From the IMG/VR virus record IMGVR_UViG_3300045391_002348, positions 1 through 64,000 of that record: a stretch of 64,000 nucleotides of DNA. One strand, given 5' to 3'. The notes beneath the pieces are model-generated. The model was given only the letters and a program-made list of their open reading frames with translations, was not told the origin of the DNA and ran no database searches. Both the position numbers and the translations under genes were made by a program. The stretch comes from a virus. Taxonomy: Duplodnaviria; Caudoviricetes. Shown piece by piece: positions 35,767 to 44,979 of this stretch; position 1 is the first letter of the stretch; each line of letters opens with the position of its first letter.

Positions 35767-37797
35767 ATGACCGATACCTATACAACACGGGTCGTAGTCG
35801 AGGGTGAGGATCACACCGAGCCAATGACCCGCGAGCTCTCTCGGAGGATGTCCGAGGTAGGCGGAACGATCGAGAAGGCCATGACTGGCCGGACCCGTGA
35901 CACAGAGAACCGGGTCCAGGAGCACACCCGTCATATCGCTCACATGTACCATGAGATGGCCACAGAGACCTCGGAGAACCTGTCAAAGTTACTTCTCGGT
36001 GCAGGAATCGAGGAAGGGATGCGTAGATCGTTCGAGAAGTTCGCCGAGTTCGAGCGCGTTCAGACCCGCGTTGGCATCTCCACCGGAGCCTCGGCGAGTT
36101 CGATACACAACCTGAGCCGACAGGTAGAGGACCTGGCAGCAAAGACCGGCGCTAGTTCGGGGAAACTACTGGAGCTGTTTGATGAGTTCAAAGAGAAAGC
36201 CGGTATGTCGTTCGAGGTGGCTCAGAAGGCCTTCGGACAGATAGTGGATGCGTCTCACGCGGCTGGCACCTCCGTTGAGAATGTCATGCAGGCTGCAATA
36301 TCGGCAATCCATAACCTGGGTGTCACGGCCGAGGAGCTTCCCAAGGTTCTGAATGCTTGGCATACCTCTGTACCCCAGGCTATGTACGAGCCATTCGCGA
36401 ATGTGGCTCCTCGCATCTCTGAAACTCTCGCGACCCTCGGCTTCACAGGAGAAAAGACAGCCCGTGAGCTCGGAGCGATATTCACCCAGATGGGGACCTC
36501 CCTCGGAGAGCCTCGCAGGGCAGCCATGGCTCTCGAGGCTGTTATGAACAATATCGGCAACCTGGGCAGCAAGCTCGGGATGCTAATCCTCCCGCAGCTC
36601 CAGAGTATCCGGGAGAGCGGCGGCGGGATGATCGAGGTCTTCAAGGCAATCCACGAGAATCTTGACAAGATCGGATACTGGACGGCGGACCCTCTCCACC
36701 AGGCCCGGATGCGAAAGATGTTTGACATAGATCCCGCGTCGATCAAGGCTATCGATATCGTGAAGCGTAACTATCACGAGATCGAGGAGTCAATGCACAA
36801 GGGACTGACCGCGACCGAGGCCATCGAGAAGGCCTTGAAGCGTCTCGGCAACGACTCCCAGGCATCGATCGACCAGATAACAGCAGCCTTCGACGGTCTT
36901 GCCAAGTCAGTTGGTAAGTTTCTAGTAGACGTCATGAAGCTCCCAGAAGTAATGAAGCTCATGACCCTCGCGATGAAGGCCCTGACCGACGCCGTCCCAT
37001 GGTCGAAGGGGCCGAGCGAGGAGGAGAGCCAGAAGAACACTGAGGACTGGATCAAGACGCAGGAGCGATTGAAGAACCGGTTCGGTCCCTCCATCCTGGA
37101 CCAGGGAGCGGCCCAGCGAGAGAAGAACCAGGAGGAGATAGCGAAGCAGAGGCTCCGAGACAAGATAGAGAGCGGAGAATTAAACAGGCCAGAGGATGAT
37201 CCGTGGTACCGGGAGCCGTACACGCCTGATCCGAATTACGTTCCTCCGAACAGGTCCCCTCCGAAGGCTGATAAGCCTGCCGAGACACACGCACCAGCAC
37301 ACAAGCCGGAGGGTCGGGGAGTCCATAGCGAGACCCCGTATGTAGCCCCTCACCCCGGCCCTCCCCCTCGCCCGCAGCAACCTCCGATGCGGATGCCTAC
37401 TCCGCAGGCTCCACACCTGAGACCGCGGGAGGAGCCCCAGGCGCCTCCGAAGCCTGCTCCCTCCCACGGAGCGCTGGAGGGGGCGAGGTTCGCCAGCAAC
37501 GACGACTGGTTCAACGTAGAGCCGAAGAAGCAACCAGACCGGGGCAACTTCGAGCCTGACGCAGATCGTCCGGATGAGGGGGACGATCAGTTCTCTGATC
37601 GAGGAGGACAGCCCGGCGGGTTCGACGCGGCTGCCTGGCGCCGAGAGATGGAGAAGCCGCTCCGACTTAACATCGAGGCCCCAGGAGTTCACAGGCCGAC
37701 CCGGAGAGCTGCAGCGAGGCAGAAAGAGGGCTGGCTCCAAAATGACAGCGCTCGCATGGCTCGCTATGACAGCTTTGCAGACATAGGGTTCGCATAA
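35767..37797 (+). CDS. Tape measure protein
   Basis: Helical Ala/Glu-rich N-terminal two-thirds; Pro-rich C-terminal region; position after chaperone. Confidence 0.8.
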   Translation: MTDTYTTRVVVEGEDHTEPMTRELSRRMSEVGGTIEKAMTGRTRDTENRVQEHTRHIAHMYHEMATETSENLSKLLLGAGIEEGMRRSFEKFAEFERVQTRVGISTGASASSIHNLSRQVEDLAAKTGASSGKLLELFDEFKEKAGMSFEVAQKAFGQIVDASHAAGTSVENVMQAAISAIHNLGVTAEELPKVLNAWHTSVPQAMYEPFANVAPRISETLATLGFTGEKTARELGAIFTQMGTSLGEPRRAAMALEAVMNNIGNLGSKLGMLILPQLQSIRESGGGMIEVFKAIHENLDKIGYWTADPLHQARMRKMFDIDPASIKAIDIVKRNYHEIEESMHKGLTATEAIEKALKRLGNDSQASIDQITAAFDGLAKSVGKFLVDVMKLPEVMKLMTLAMKALTDAVPWSKGPSEEESQKNTEDWIKTQERLKNRFGPSILDQGAAQREKNQEEIAKQRLRDKIESGELNRPEDDPWYREPYTPDPNYVPPNRSPPKADKPAETHAPAHKPEGRGVHSETPYVAPHPGPPPRPQQPPMRMPTPQAPHLRPREEPQAPPKPAPSHGALEGARFASNDDWFNVEPKKQPDRGNFEPDADRPDEGDDQFSDRGGQPGGFDAAAWRREMEKPLRLNIEAPGVHRPTRRAAARQKEGWLQNDSARMARYDSFADIGFA

Positions 37798-37798
37798 G

Positions 37799-38320
37799 AT
37801 GCCACAGGGTAGTGCTCCCCCGGCTGACTGGAGGGCGACAGAGAGCGGCAACTTGCCGTCATACCGTCCTGCTACTACGCAGGGCGATCCCATGCTGTAT
37901 CAGTGGGGGCCTGTCCAGTTCAAGGTCTTTCCTCTTAACCTCCACGAGATCGACCACGAGACGGCGACCGACTGGGCGAAGAAGGAGATCGTCGGCGCGG
38001 CGATCTACAGAGAGTGGGTCGGAGAGAATGACGAGACGCTCTACATCCGCGGCCGCATCTTCCCCTACAGGATAGGGGGCATGTCGGCCCTGGAGGCCTT
38101 CGAGGCGATGCGGCGAGGGGGAATAGCAAATATGATGATCCGCGGCGACGGCGCTGTCCTCGGCTGGTTCGTCTGCGAGAAGTTAGTCCGCAACCACACC
38201 TCCCTCTCCTCTCAGGGTGTGGGCCAGATGATTGCGTTCGAGGCCGTCCTGACCCGCGTACCCGTTCCGGAGAATGACCAGTACGCGAGCCAACTCTGGG
38301 GCTCGGTTCTTAACAGGTAG
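37799..38320 (+). CDS. Tail protein (P2 gpU-like)
   Basis: MLYQWGPVQF...EWVGENDETLYIRGRIFP...DG..LGWFV. Confidence 0.85.
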   Translation: MPQGSAPPADWRATESGNLPSYRPATTQGDPMLYQWGPVQFKVFPLNLHEIDHETATDWAKKEIVGAAIYREWVGENDETLYIRGRIFPYRIGGMSALEAFEAMRRGGIANMMIRGDGAVLGWFVCEKLVRNHTSLSSQGVGQMIAFEAVLTRVPVPENDQYASQLWGSVLNR

Positions 38321-38323
38321 CAG

Positions 38324-38596
38324 ATGGCAATCGCAGGCTTCGAGATAATCCAGGTCACAAGTGACTTCGTCACGATCGACCTCATCATCTGGCGGCGCTA
38401 CATGCAGAGAGCCCGCGGGCTCGTTGAACTCATGCTCGACGCGAACCCGCACCTCTCCCGCCTCCATCAGTCGTCTCCGTTCTTGCCGGTGGGGACACTC
38501 ATCCGCGTTCCGATCGATCCTAGTATGATGGTCGGGAAGCCGCCGGCCTCCGACATGTCGAACCTCTGGACCGACCGTAAGGGATATTCTCTGTGA
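38324..38596 (+). CDS. Tail protein X (LysM-like)
   Basis: TIDLIIWRRY...LDANPHL...LPVGTLIRVP. Confidence 0.85.
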   Translation: MAIAGFEIIQVTSDFVTIDLIIWRRYMQRARGLVELMLDANPHLSRLHQSSPFLPVGTLIRVPIDPSMMVGKPPASDMSNLWTDRKGYSL

Positions 38597-39771
38597 CATT
38601 GTACGATCCCAACTCCGGCTTCGACCCTTTCAAGGGGTCGGCTACGAATGCGAACAAACTACTCGCGTACTGCAAGGTCGTGGTGGATGGGGTAGATGTA
38701 ACCGACAGGCTGGAGCCGCACTTGGAGCTCGTCCGTGTCGTCGACTCGATCTACAGCGAGGCTTATCTGGAGGTCGACGACCGTGATGCCAGACTTCCTA
38801 TCCCACCCTTCGGGGCTCCGGTGAAGATCGAGATGGGTTGGCGCTTCAAGGGTAAGCAGTCCACCGTCATGGTATTCGACGGACTAGTCCAGGACCTAGA
38901 GCACGGGAACGACAGGACGACCGGTCGCAAGATGTGGGTTCACTGCTGGGGTCGAGACCTCCTCAGCCGGATCAAGGAGCCCATGCAGGATCACCTCGGC
39001 GAGGGGGCTCCTCCCGGGAAGGAGATCGGAGAGCAGCACAAGCTCGGCGATTGGATCAGACAGATTGAGAAGAACGCCGGAGCGAAGGTGAAGATACACC
39101 CGGCCCTCTATGGCAAGACCCGCGACTACTGGGTCCAGCCCGGAGAGAGCTTCGAGCACACGATGCAGGACCTCGCGAACCAGGTCGGCGCGGTTTTCCG
39201 CCTCACCGCCGGCAACGAGGGTATCTTCACACTCCCGGGGGAGGAGCCTGACGGCTCCTCGACGGCCGACAGCGCTGTGACAGCTAAGTGGGGCGACAAC
39301 CTCATCTCCTGGCGGGTTCACCCACTGGCTGCGAGACCGAGCTGGGCGAAGACGAACCAGCAGTATTACTCGGCGCGCAAAGGACAATGGCGCGTCGTCC
39401 AGAAGGACCTGAACCTGCCGCTTCCATGGGGCGGCGCGAAGGCTATCTACGCCCTGCCGGCCCCGGCTCCTAACGCTCCTGTGTCAGATCAGCTGAACCA
39501 GGGAACGATCCAGTTCGCCGGCATCGAGCCGGGGTTCGGACGTCTCTGTATGAACGGGGAGCCCGACGCCCGGTTCAACGGATATGTGAAGTTGACAGGG
39601 GTCCGCCCGGGTGTCGACGGTATCTACTGGATCACATCGGCCGAGCACATCTACAGCCGGATGGGTTACGTGACCTGGCTCGACGTCCAGATCGACCTCC
39701 GGAACTGGAAGGGCGGGGGAGGAGTACAGGACGGCTACATCCCGGACAGTGCTGCAGAGTCGACGGGGTAG
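38593..39771 (+). CDS. Baseplate hub (P2 gpD-like)
   Basis: VDGVDVTDRL...GEPDARFNG...G.RPGVDG.YWITSAEH. Confidence 0.85.
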   Translation: MTLYDPNSGFDPFKGSATNANKLLAYCKVVVDGVDVTDRLEPHLELVRVVDSIYSEAYLEVDDRDARLPIPPFGAPVKIEMGWRFKGKQSTVMVFDGLVQDLEHGNDRTTGRKMWVHCWGRDLLSRIKEPMQDHLGEGAPPGKEIGEQHKLGDWIRQIEKNAGAKVKIHPALYGKTRDYWVQPGESFEHTMQDLANQVGAVFRLTAGNEGIFTLPGEEPDGSSTADSAVTAKWGDNLISWRVHPLAARPSWAKTNQQYYSARKGQWRVVQKDLNLPLPWGGAKAIYALPAPAPNAPVSDQLNQGTIQFAGIEPGFGRLCMNGEPDARFNGYVKLTGVRPGVDGIYWITSAEHIYSRMGYVTWLDVQIDLRNWKGGGGVQDGYIPDSAAESTG

Positions 39772-39774
39772 GCA

Positions 39775-41691
39775 GTGTCTGTATTTCAGATCGGGGCGCT
39801 GTTCTCTGGCGAGAGCAATCTAGCAAAGCGGGTCCGGTACCAGCCAGAGCGTATCTCAGCATTGTTTGCTGGGACCTTTCGTGTCGTAATTGGACGGGCC
39901 TCCCTCCCAACGATTATACACGCGCGCCACGAGTGGCCGGACGGAATAAACAGTCATATCCGAGAGGCTGTCTACAGCAATCACAACGACGAGCACCAGA
40001 TCGTCGTGGATGGAAGATCGCTCGTTGGTCTATCCTCCGACGGGGTCGGGGTGGCCGAGAAGATCACGGTCGTTCCTCCCCTCGTTCTCAGCAACGGACA
40101 CCTCTCATTCGATCCCACGACGATCCAGGACAACCTCGACGGGACGGTGGCCTCCATCTCCTCTCTCAGAGGGGATATGCAGGCCCAGATCGACGCTCTG
40201 ATCAACGCCCTCGCTGCAGAGGTTGCGATAAGAAAAGACGCCCAGGACGCTCTGTCCTCCGCTCTAACTCTGGAGACATCGATCCGAGCCGCTGCCGATG
40301 CTGAGGTCGCTGCCTCCACCTCGTCCTCCGACATCAGGCCGGGGACTGTCCTGTATGCCCAGTCGGTGGTCGGCGTAAATAACAATGACATAGTAACTGG
40401 GAATAATCTTCGCGTCATCGGGTTCCAAGCGGGAAGCGTTTCTACTCCGCACATGACCTACACGTCCTATGACGGCGTCGGATTTCAGACGCTCGCCGTG
40501 GAGTTGGATGGTGTTACAGGTTCTGGACTTTTCAACATCGGCACCTTTACTAACACTGCACAGGGCTCCGGCATCCCGGGCAGCTGGATGAACATCTCCG
40601 GTTTCAACATCGGAGCGAACGGCTTCGGCATCTTCGTCCGCATCCCGTGGCCGAGGGTCGTCTCGATCCAGACCGGGGCGGGAGCCCTCCTCGCATCGAC
40701 GAAGATGATGAAGGTTGCCCAGCCCGGTAGAATGATTGGCGCAGGCTCCCTGTCAGCGAATGCGAAGTACCAGCCGGAGAGGGTCCAGGCGAAGTTCGCC
40801 GGCACGGGAGTCGTTCTGACCTCTACTCTAAAGCTGGTGTCTCCGCTCGCCTCGATCCAGTTCAACGCCGCCTCATCTCTCAATGGCGACGCTCAGCCTA
40901 CTCTCCGCTGGCAGGGGGATACGATTGGAAGTCTTGCCGCGAGTGCCCGGTACGCCCGGGGCGGATCGGCCCTGCTATCTGGTGCGAGCTCTCTATCAGC
41001 CAAGACCGTCTCGCGCTCTACCGCCTCGGCCCTCGTCCCCGCCGTCGGTTCTCTCATAGCCAGCATGCCTGGTCCTCAGAGGTATGACGGAGCGAACATA
41101 GCCGGGGCCACGACCCTCAAGTCGTCCTCTCTCGTGCTCAGGACTGGCTCTGCTCTATTCGCGGGAACCTCCACCCTCGCCGCGTCTACAAAACAACGCG
41201 AGGCTGTTTTCCCGCTGGTCGGAGGAGCCGGTGCTGTCTCTGCCGGGACCATCCAGAGGCTCGCGGCCTCGGCCCTCATCGGGGGGACGAGCAGCCTCCC
41301 CGTCACAGCCGTGATGACAGCTCTGGCATCGTCCAAGTCCTCCGGGTCCTCTCTCATGCCTGTAGCTGCGGTCCTCTATCAGATGGCATCCGCCTCTCTC
41401 ATGCAAGGAGCAACCGACCTGACTTCTGATGCGACCGGCTTATTCTCCGTCCCGATAGACGGAGAGAGTACTCTCGCCAGTGACACGACCGCGAAGCTCT
41501 CAGCCAGGGCCACGATGAACGGAGAGGGTGGCCTCGCTGCCGAGACAGTCGCAAACTTCGAGACCGGCTCCGCCTCCAATGGTGAGAGCTCGCTAGAGGG
41601 TATAGCCTGGACCACCGGGGATATGATAGAGGCGCAGTCCGACGGTGAGAGCGACCTCCAGGTCGATGCCGAGATAGTACAGGAGGGCTAG
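39775..41691 (+). CDS. Repeat-rich fibre-like protein
   Basis: Ser/Ala/Gly-rich ~20-22-aa repeats (A.L.G.S.L); 310-aa insert between two YQPER copies. Confidence 0.6.
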   Translation: MSVFQIGALFSGESNLAKRVRYQPERISALFAGTFRVVIGRASLPTIIHARHEWPDGINSHIREAVYSNHNDEHQIVVDGRSLVGLSSDGVGVAEKITVVPPLVLSNGHLSFDPTTIQDNLDGTVASISSLRGDMQAQIDALINALAAEVAIRKDAQDALSSALTLETSIRAAADAEVAASTSSSDIRPGTVLYAQSVVGVNNNDIVTGNNLRVIGFQAGSVSTPHMTYTSYDGVGFQTLAVELDGVTGSGLFNIGTFTNTAQGSGIPGSWMNISGFNIGANGFGIFVRIPWPRVVSIQTGAGALLASTKMMKVAQPGRMIGAGSLSANAKYQPERVQAKFAGTGVVLTSTLKLVSPLASIQFNAASSLNGDAQPTLRWQGDTIGSLAASARYARGGSALLSGASSLSAKTVSRSTASALVPAVGSLIASMPGPQRYDGANIAGATTLKSSSLVLRTGSALFAGTSTLAASTKQREAVFPLVGGAGAVSAGTIQRLAASALIGGTSSLPVTAVMTALASSKSSGSSLMPVAAVLYQMASASLMQGATDLTSDATGLFSVPIDGESTLASDTTAKLSARATMNGEGGLAAETVANFETGSASNGESSLEGIAWTTGDMIEAQSDGESDLQVDAEIVQEG

Positions 41692-41757
41692 AATGAGATA
41701 GAGGCTTTGCTAAGTAGTGCAAGTTACAAACTTCTAACTAAAGATCAGGGCACACTA

Positions 41758-43602
41758 ATGAAAACGATTGTAGTAAAATGCCGGTACGGCGCCATCCAGG
41801 TGTTTGCCGACGACCGGTTCATATCGAAGTCCTTGCTGGAGCTCGGGGAGTACAGCGAGAGAGAGGTCGACCTGTGGAGGCACATCCTACGACCAGAGAT
41901 GATCGCAGTGGAGGTTGGAGCGAACATCGGAGCCCTCACCCTCCCTCTCGCCGGGATCGTCTCTCACGTCTACGCGATCGAGCCCCAGCCGCAGATCAAC
42001 GACCTGCTCCTGGAGAATACGAAGCATCTTCCGAACGTCACTGTCATGAATATGGCGATTGGAAGTACGCGGGGGATCATGTATGCTCCGAGCTTGGATC
42101 ACCTCTCGGATACGAACTATGGGGCCATCGAGATGGGTTCTGACGGTGACTGCCAGGTTCCCGTCGTTCCCCTCGACACGCTCCCCCTGGGAGAGCGTGT
42201 CGACTTCATAAAGATCGACGTCGAGGGGATGGAGGCCGACGTCCTGAAGGGGGCGAGGGAGATAATTAACAGATGTCGACCGCTCCTCTATGTCGAGAAT
42301 GATCGACCGGGGTTCGACAGTCTAATCGGGACAGTGAGAGCCCTGGGCTATAGGTGCTGGTGGCACCTGCCGCCGCTATTTTCTAGTAACAACTTCAGGG
42401 GTTCTACGAAGAACCCGTTCGGTGAGCTCGTCTCTATGAACATGCTCTGCATCCCTACCGAGAGGGTGCCCGAGTTTGCGAAAGTAACAGCAGACCTCCG
42501 CCCGGCTGTACCGGCCTCTGTTGGTCGCAAGGGCTGGGTCGGGGTCGCCCGCTTCGGAGGGATCGGAGATGATCTCATCGCAGCCTCGGTGCTCGCTCCT
42601 CTGAAGCGACAGGGCTACAAGATCGACATCATAACCCAGATGCCGCAGGGTGTCGTGTTCGAGAACAACCCTTATGTGGACAAGCTCTCGATCAAGGAGC
42701 CCGGGGAGATACCGAACACAGATCAGATGGCCTGGCAGAATTGGTTCAAGACCCGTGCTGGGGAGTACGATAAGTTTGTGAACCTGAGTCACAGTTGTGA
42801 GGTCTCGCTCGCGATCCTAGCAGCTATGACGCAGGCCCAGTGGCTCCCGTCGGCCCGCAGGAAGTACTTCGGGCACAACTATCTGGAGTTCGTGCACGAC
42901 CTCTTGGAGGTCCCCTATGAGTTCGGCCCCCTGTTCTTTCCCACCGAGGAGGAGAGGGACCAGGCCGCTCACACCAGGCGGAGGATCGGCACCGGTCCTA
43001 TCATCGGCTGGTGCCTGAACGGGAGCAGGGTTGACAAGGTCTACGCAGCCCTGCCCATCGCGATTGCCCGGGTGATCAAGGAGCTGGGGGCGCAGGTCGT
43101 CATGTTCGGGGCTCCTCCCCCGAGGCCGGACTTCGCCGCGGCGAAGCAGTGCCAGGAGCATGTGATAAATCAGAACGGCACCGACCGAGGTCTCCACCTC
43201 GCTCTCTCGCCGAACGATGTCGACAACTCCTGGCCGATCAGAAGGATGCTGACGCAGGTCCTCGACTGCGACGTGGTAGTAGGTCCGGACACCGGCCCCA
43301 TGTGGGCTGCAGCCTTTGAGCAGATGCCGAAGATCATGCTGCATAGTCACGCCAGTCAGAACAACATTACGAAGCACTGGCGAAATACCATCAGTCTGAT
43401 CCCGGACCAGAGAGAGGTTCCGTGCTGGCCCTGCCACCTCTTGCACGACGATGTCGGGAGTTGCCAGAGAGAGCAGCGACGCTGTGGTCTCAAGCCGGAC
43501 ACGAACGACAAGGCGGCAGCCTGCATCAGCTCGATCTCCGTCGAGACGATCGTGGGGGCTATCAGGAGTGTATTAACAAACCGGGAGAAATCCAGTGTCT
43601 AA
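41758..43602 (+). CDS. FkbM methyltransferase-GT9 glycosyltransferase fusion
   Basis: VEVGANIGALT, FIKIDVEGMEADVL; then RFGGIGDDLIAASVL, VVGPDTGPMWAA, CWPC...C. Confidence 0.88.
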   Translation: MKTIVVKCRYGAIQVFADDRFISKSLLELGEYSEREVDLWRHILRPEMIAVEVGANIGALTLPLAGIVSHVYAIEPQPQINDLLLENTKHLPNVTVMNMAIGSTRGIMYAPSLDHLSDTNYGAIEMGSDGDCQVPVVPLDTLPLGERVDFIKIDVEGMEADVLKGAREIINRCRPLLYVENDRPGFDSLIGTVRALGYRCWWHLPPLFSSNNFRGSTKNPFGELVSMNMLCIPTERVPEFAKVTADLRPAVPASVGRKGWVGVARFGGIGDDLIAASVLAPLKRQGYKIDIITQMPQGVVFENNPYVDKLSIKEPGEIPNTDQMAWQNWFKTRAGEYDKFVNLSHSCEVSLAILAAMTQAQWLPSARRKYFGHNYLEFVHDLLEVPYEFGPLFFPTEEERDQAAHTRRRIGTGPIIGWCLNGSRVDKVYAALPIAIARVIKELGAQVVMFGAPPPRPDFAAAKQCQEHVINQNGTDRGLHLALSPNDVDNSWPIRRMLTQVLDCDVVVGPDTGPMWAAAFEQMPKIMLHSHASQNNITKHWRNTISLIPDQREVPCWPCHLLHDDVGSCQREQRRCGLKPDTNDKAAACISSISVETIVGAIRSVLTNREKSSV

Positions 43603-43834
43603 TAAAGACGACGAGTTCGAGTACCAGACCCGCACGCTGGTAATCGACGCTAACTTAGCGGCCGAGTGCGAGAAGCTGCAGAAGGGTGGGTGGGAGATCA
43701 CCCCCGGTGCACTTCCGGTAGCCATCTATCACCTCCGGAAGCGCGCAGCGTCTCCGGCCGTGATGGCAGAGGGAGGGGTCACGATCGACGACTCCATGGT
43801 CACCATCATCCGCGGTAACGGCGCCGCCAGCTGA
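43595..43834 (+). CDS. Hypothetical protein (79 aa)
   Basis: GTG start overlapping the upstream stop. Confidence 0.55.
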   Translation: MSNKDDEFEYQTRTLVIDANLAAECEKLQKGGWEITPGALPVAIYHLRKRAASPAVMAEGGVTIDDSMVTIIRGNGAAS

Positions 43835-43869
43835 GTGACTTAACTAACTGAAACCACAAGAGGAGAACT

Positions 43870-44343
43870 ATGATGCACACGAAACGGTCCGAGCGCATTC
43901 GGCTGATGAACCTCGGTCTCACCGTACCGATGCTCGCTCGGTTTGCTAACATATCCCAGGCCATGAGTAAGAGCATGCTCGACTGGGCTCTCAACGGGGC
44001 CACCCCGACCCGGCCCGGCGCGGTCTACGCCGGCCTTGCTCTCGGTGCTCCGGGTAGCGCAGCCTCCTCCGAGATCGGAACGGGCTCGGGGTACACCCGC
44101 CAGACTATGGCCATGGGTGCAGCAGGAACTCCGTCCGGCTCGGGTACTGCTACAAACAACGCGAACGTGACCTTCGGTCCGTTCTCCACGGCTCAGTCCA
44201 TCAGCGGCATCTTCCTGGCGGACACCGTCTCGTCCGGCGCAGGTACGATGCTGTTCTACGGAACTCTGACGACCCCCCGGACCGTCTCTCCTGGAGACAG
44301 TCTCGTCGTCTCATCGGCAGCTCTGACCATCACCCTGAGCTGA
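43870..44343 (+). CDS. Small beta-rich fibre/structural protein
   Basis: GAGGAG RBS; SGYTRQ...TNNANVTF...LFYGTLTTPRTVSPGD pattern common in phage fibre clusters. Confidence 0.65.
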   Translation: MMHTKRSERIRLMNLGLTVPMLARFANISQAMSKSMLDWALNGATPTRPGAVYAGLALGAPGSAASSEIGTGSGYTRQTMAMGAAGTPSGSGTATNNANVTFGPFSTAQSISGIFLADTVSSGAGTMLFYGTLTTPRTVSPGDSLVVSSAALTITLS

Positions 44344-44978
44344 TGGCCAAGATCGGCGTCGTATTCTACGCGGACGATCCTCATCGCCGCATCTTCCGCA
44401 CGGTTCACCTCGTCCCGGGCGACACTGACGCCGAGTTTGACAAACCAGAGTGGGTCACGGTCGGGGTCGATCCGTACCGCGTCGCCACTCTGGAGGTCAT
44501 CGACGAGGCCGAGTTACCAGGTCGTCCGAGGGGTTCTGTGTCGATGCCAGCCGACGAGCCGTGGCCCCCTCCGCCTCCTGAACCGTACAGGGCTCCCGCT
44601 GACTTGATTAGCGCGACACTGGACTTCGCAGCAGTCGACTCAGGTGATGTCCTCATCGACCTGGGGTGCGGAGTCGGTGACTGGCTGGCCGCGGCCCGTC
44701 TTCGGGGGGCTCATGCGATTGGCATAGAGATAGACGGCCGTCTCGTCGAGAAGGCCCGGATGATCGACGGGGTCGAGGTCCGTCACGGGAGTGTCGAGGG
44801 GGCCGACCTGTCGGAGGCCACTGTGGTGATCGCAAACATGGGCGAGAGTCTCCCACGAAATATCCTGTCACTCGCGACAGGGTCTCGACTGGTAGTCGTG
44901 GACGCTCCCCCGTGGTTGAAGGTCCCCGTCCTGCGGTCGGAGTTTAACGGTCACTCGATGGGACTGTGGCGGCTGTAG
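44343..44978 (+). CDS. Class I SAM-dependent methyltransferase
   Basis: DVLIDLGCGVGDWL...AIGIEID...RHGSVEGADLSEATVV. Confidence 0.8.
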   Translation: MAKIGVVFYADDPHRRIFRTVHLVPGDTDAEFDKPEWVTVGVDPYRVATLEVIDEAELPGRPRGSVSMPADEPWPPPPPEPYRAPADLISATLDFAAVDSGDVLIDLGCGVGDWLAAARLRGAHAIGIEIDGRLVEKARMIDGVEVRHGSVEGADLSEATVVIANMGESLPRNILSLATGSRLVVVDAPPWLKVPVLRSEFNGHSMGLWRL

Positions 44979-44979
44979 G

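Noticed and set aside
35293-35770. Programmed frameshift in the tail chaperone
   Set aside because: No slippery heptamer seen, and the tape measure starts 4 nt after the stop.
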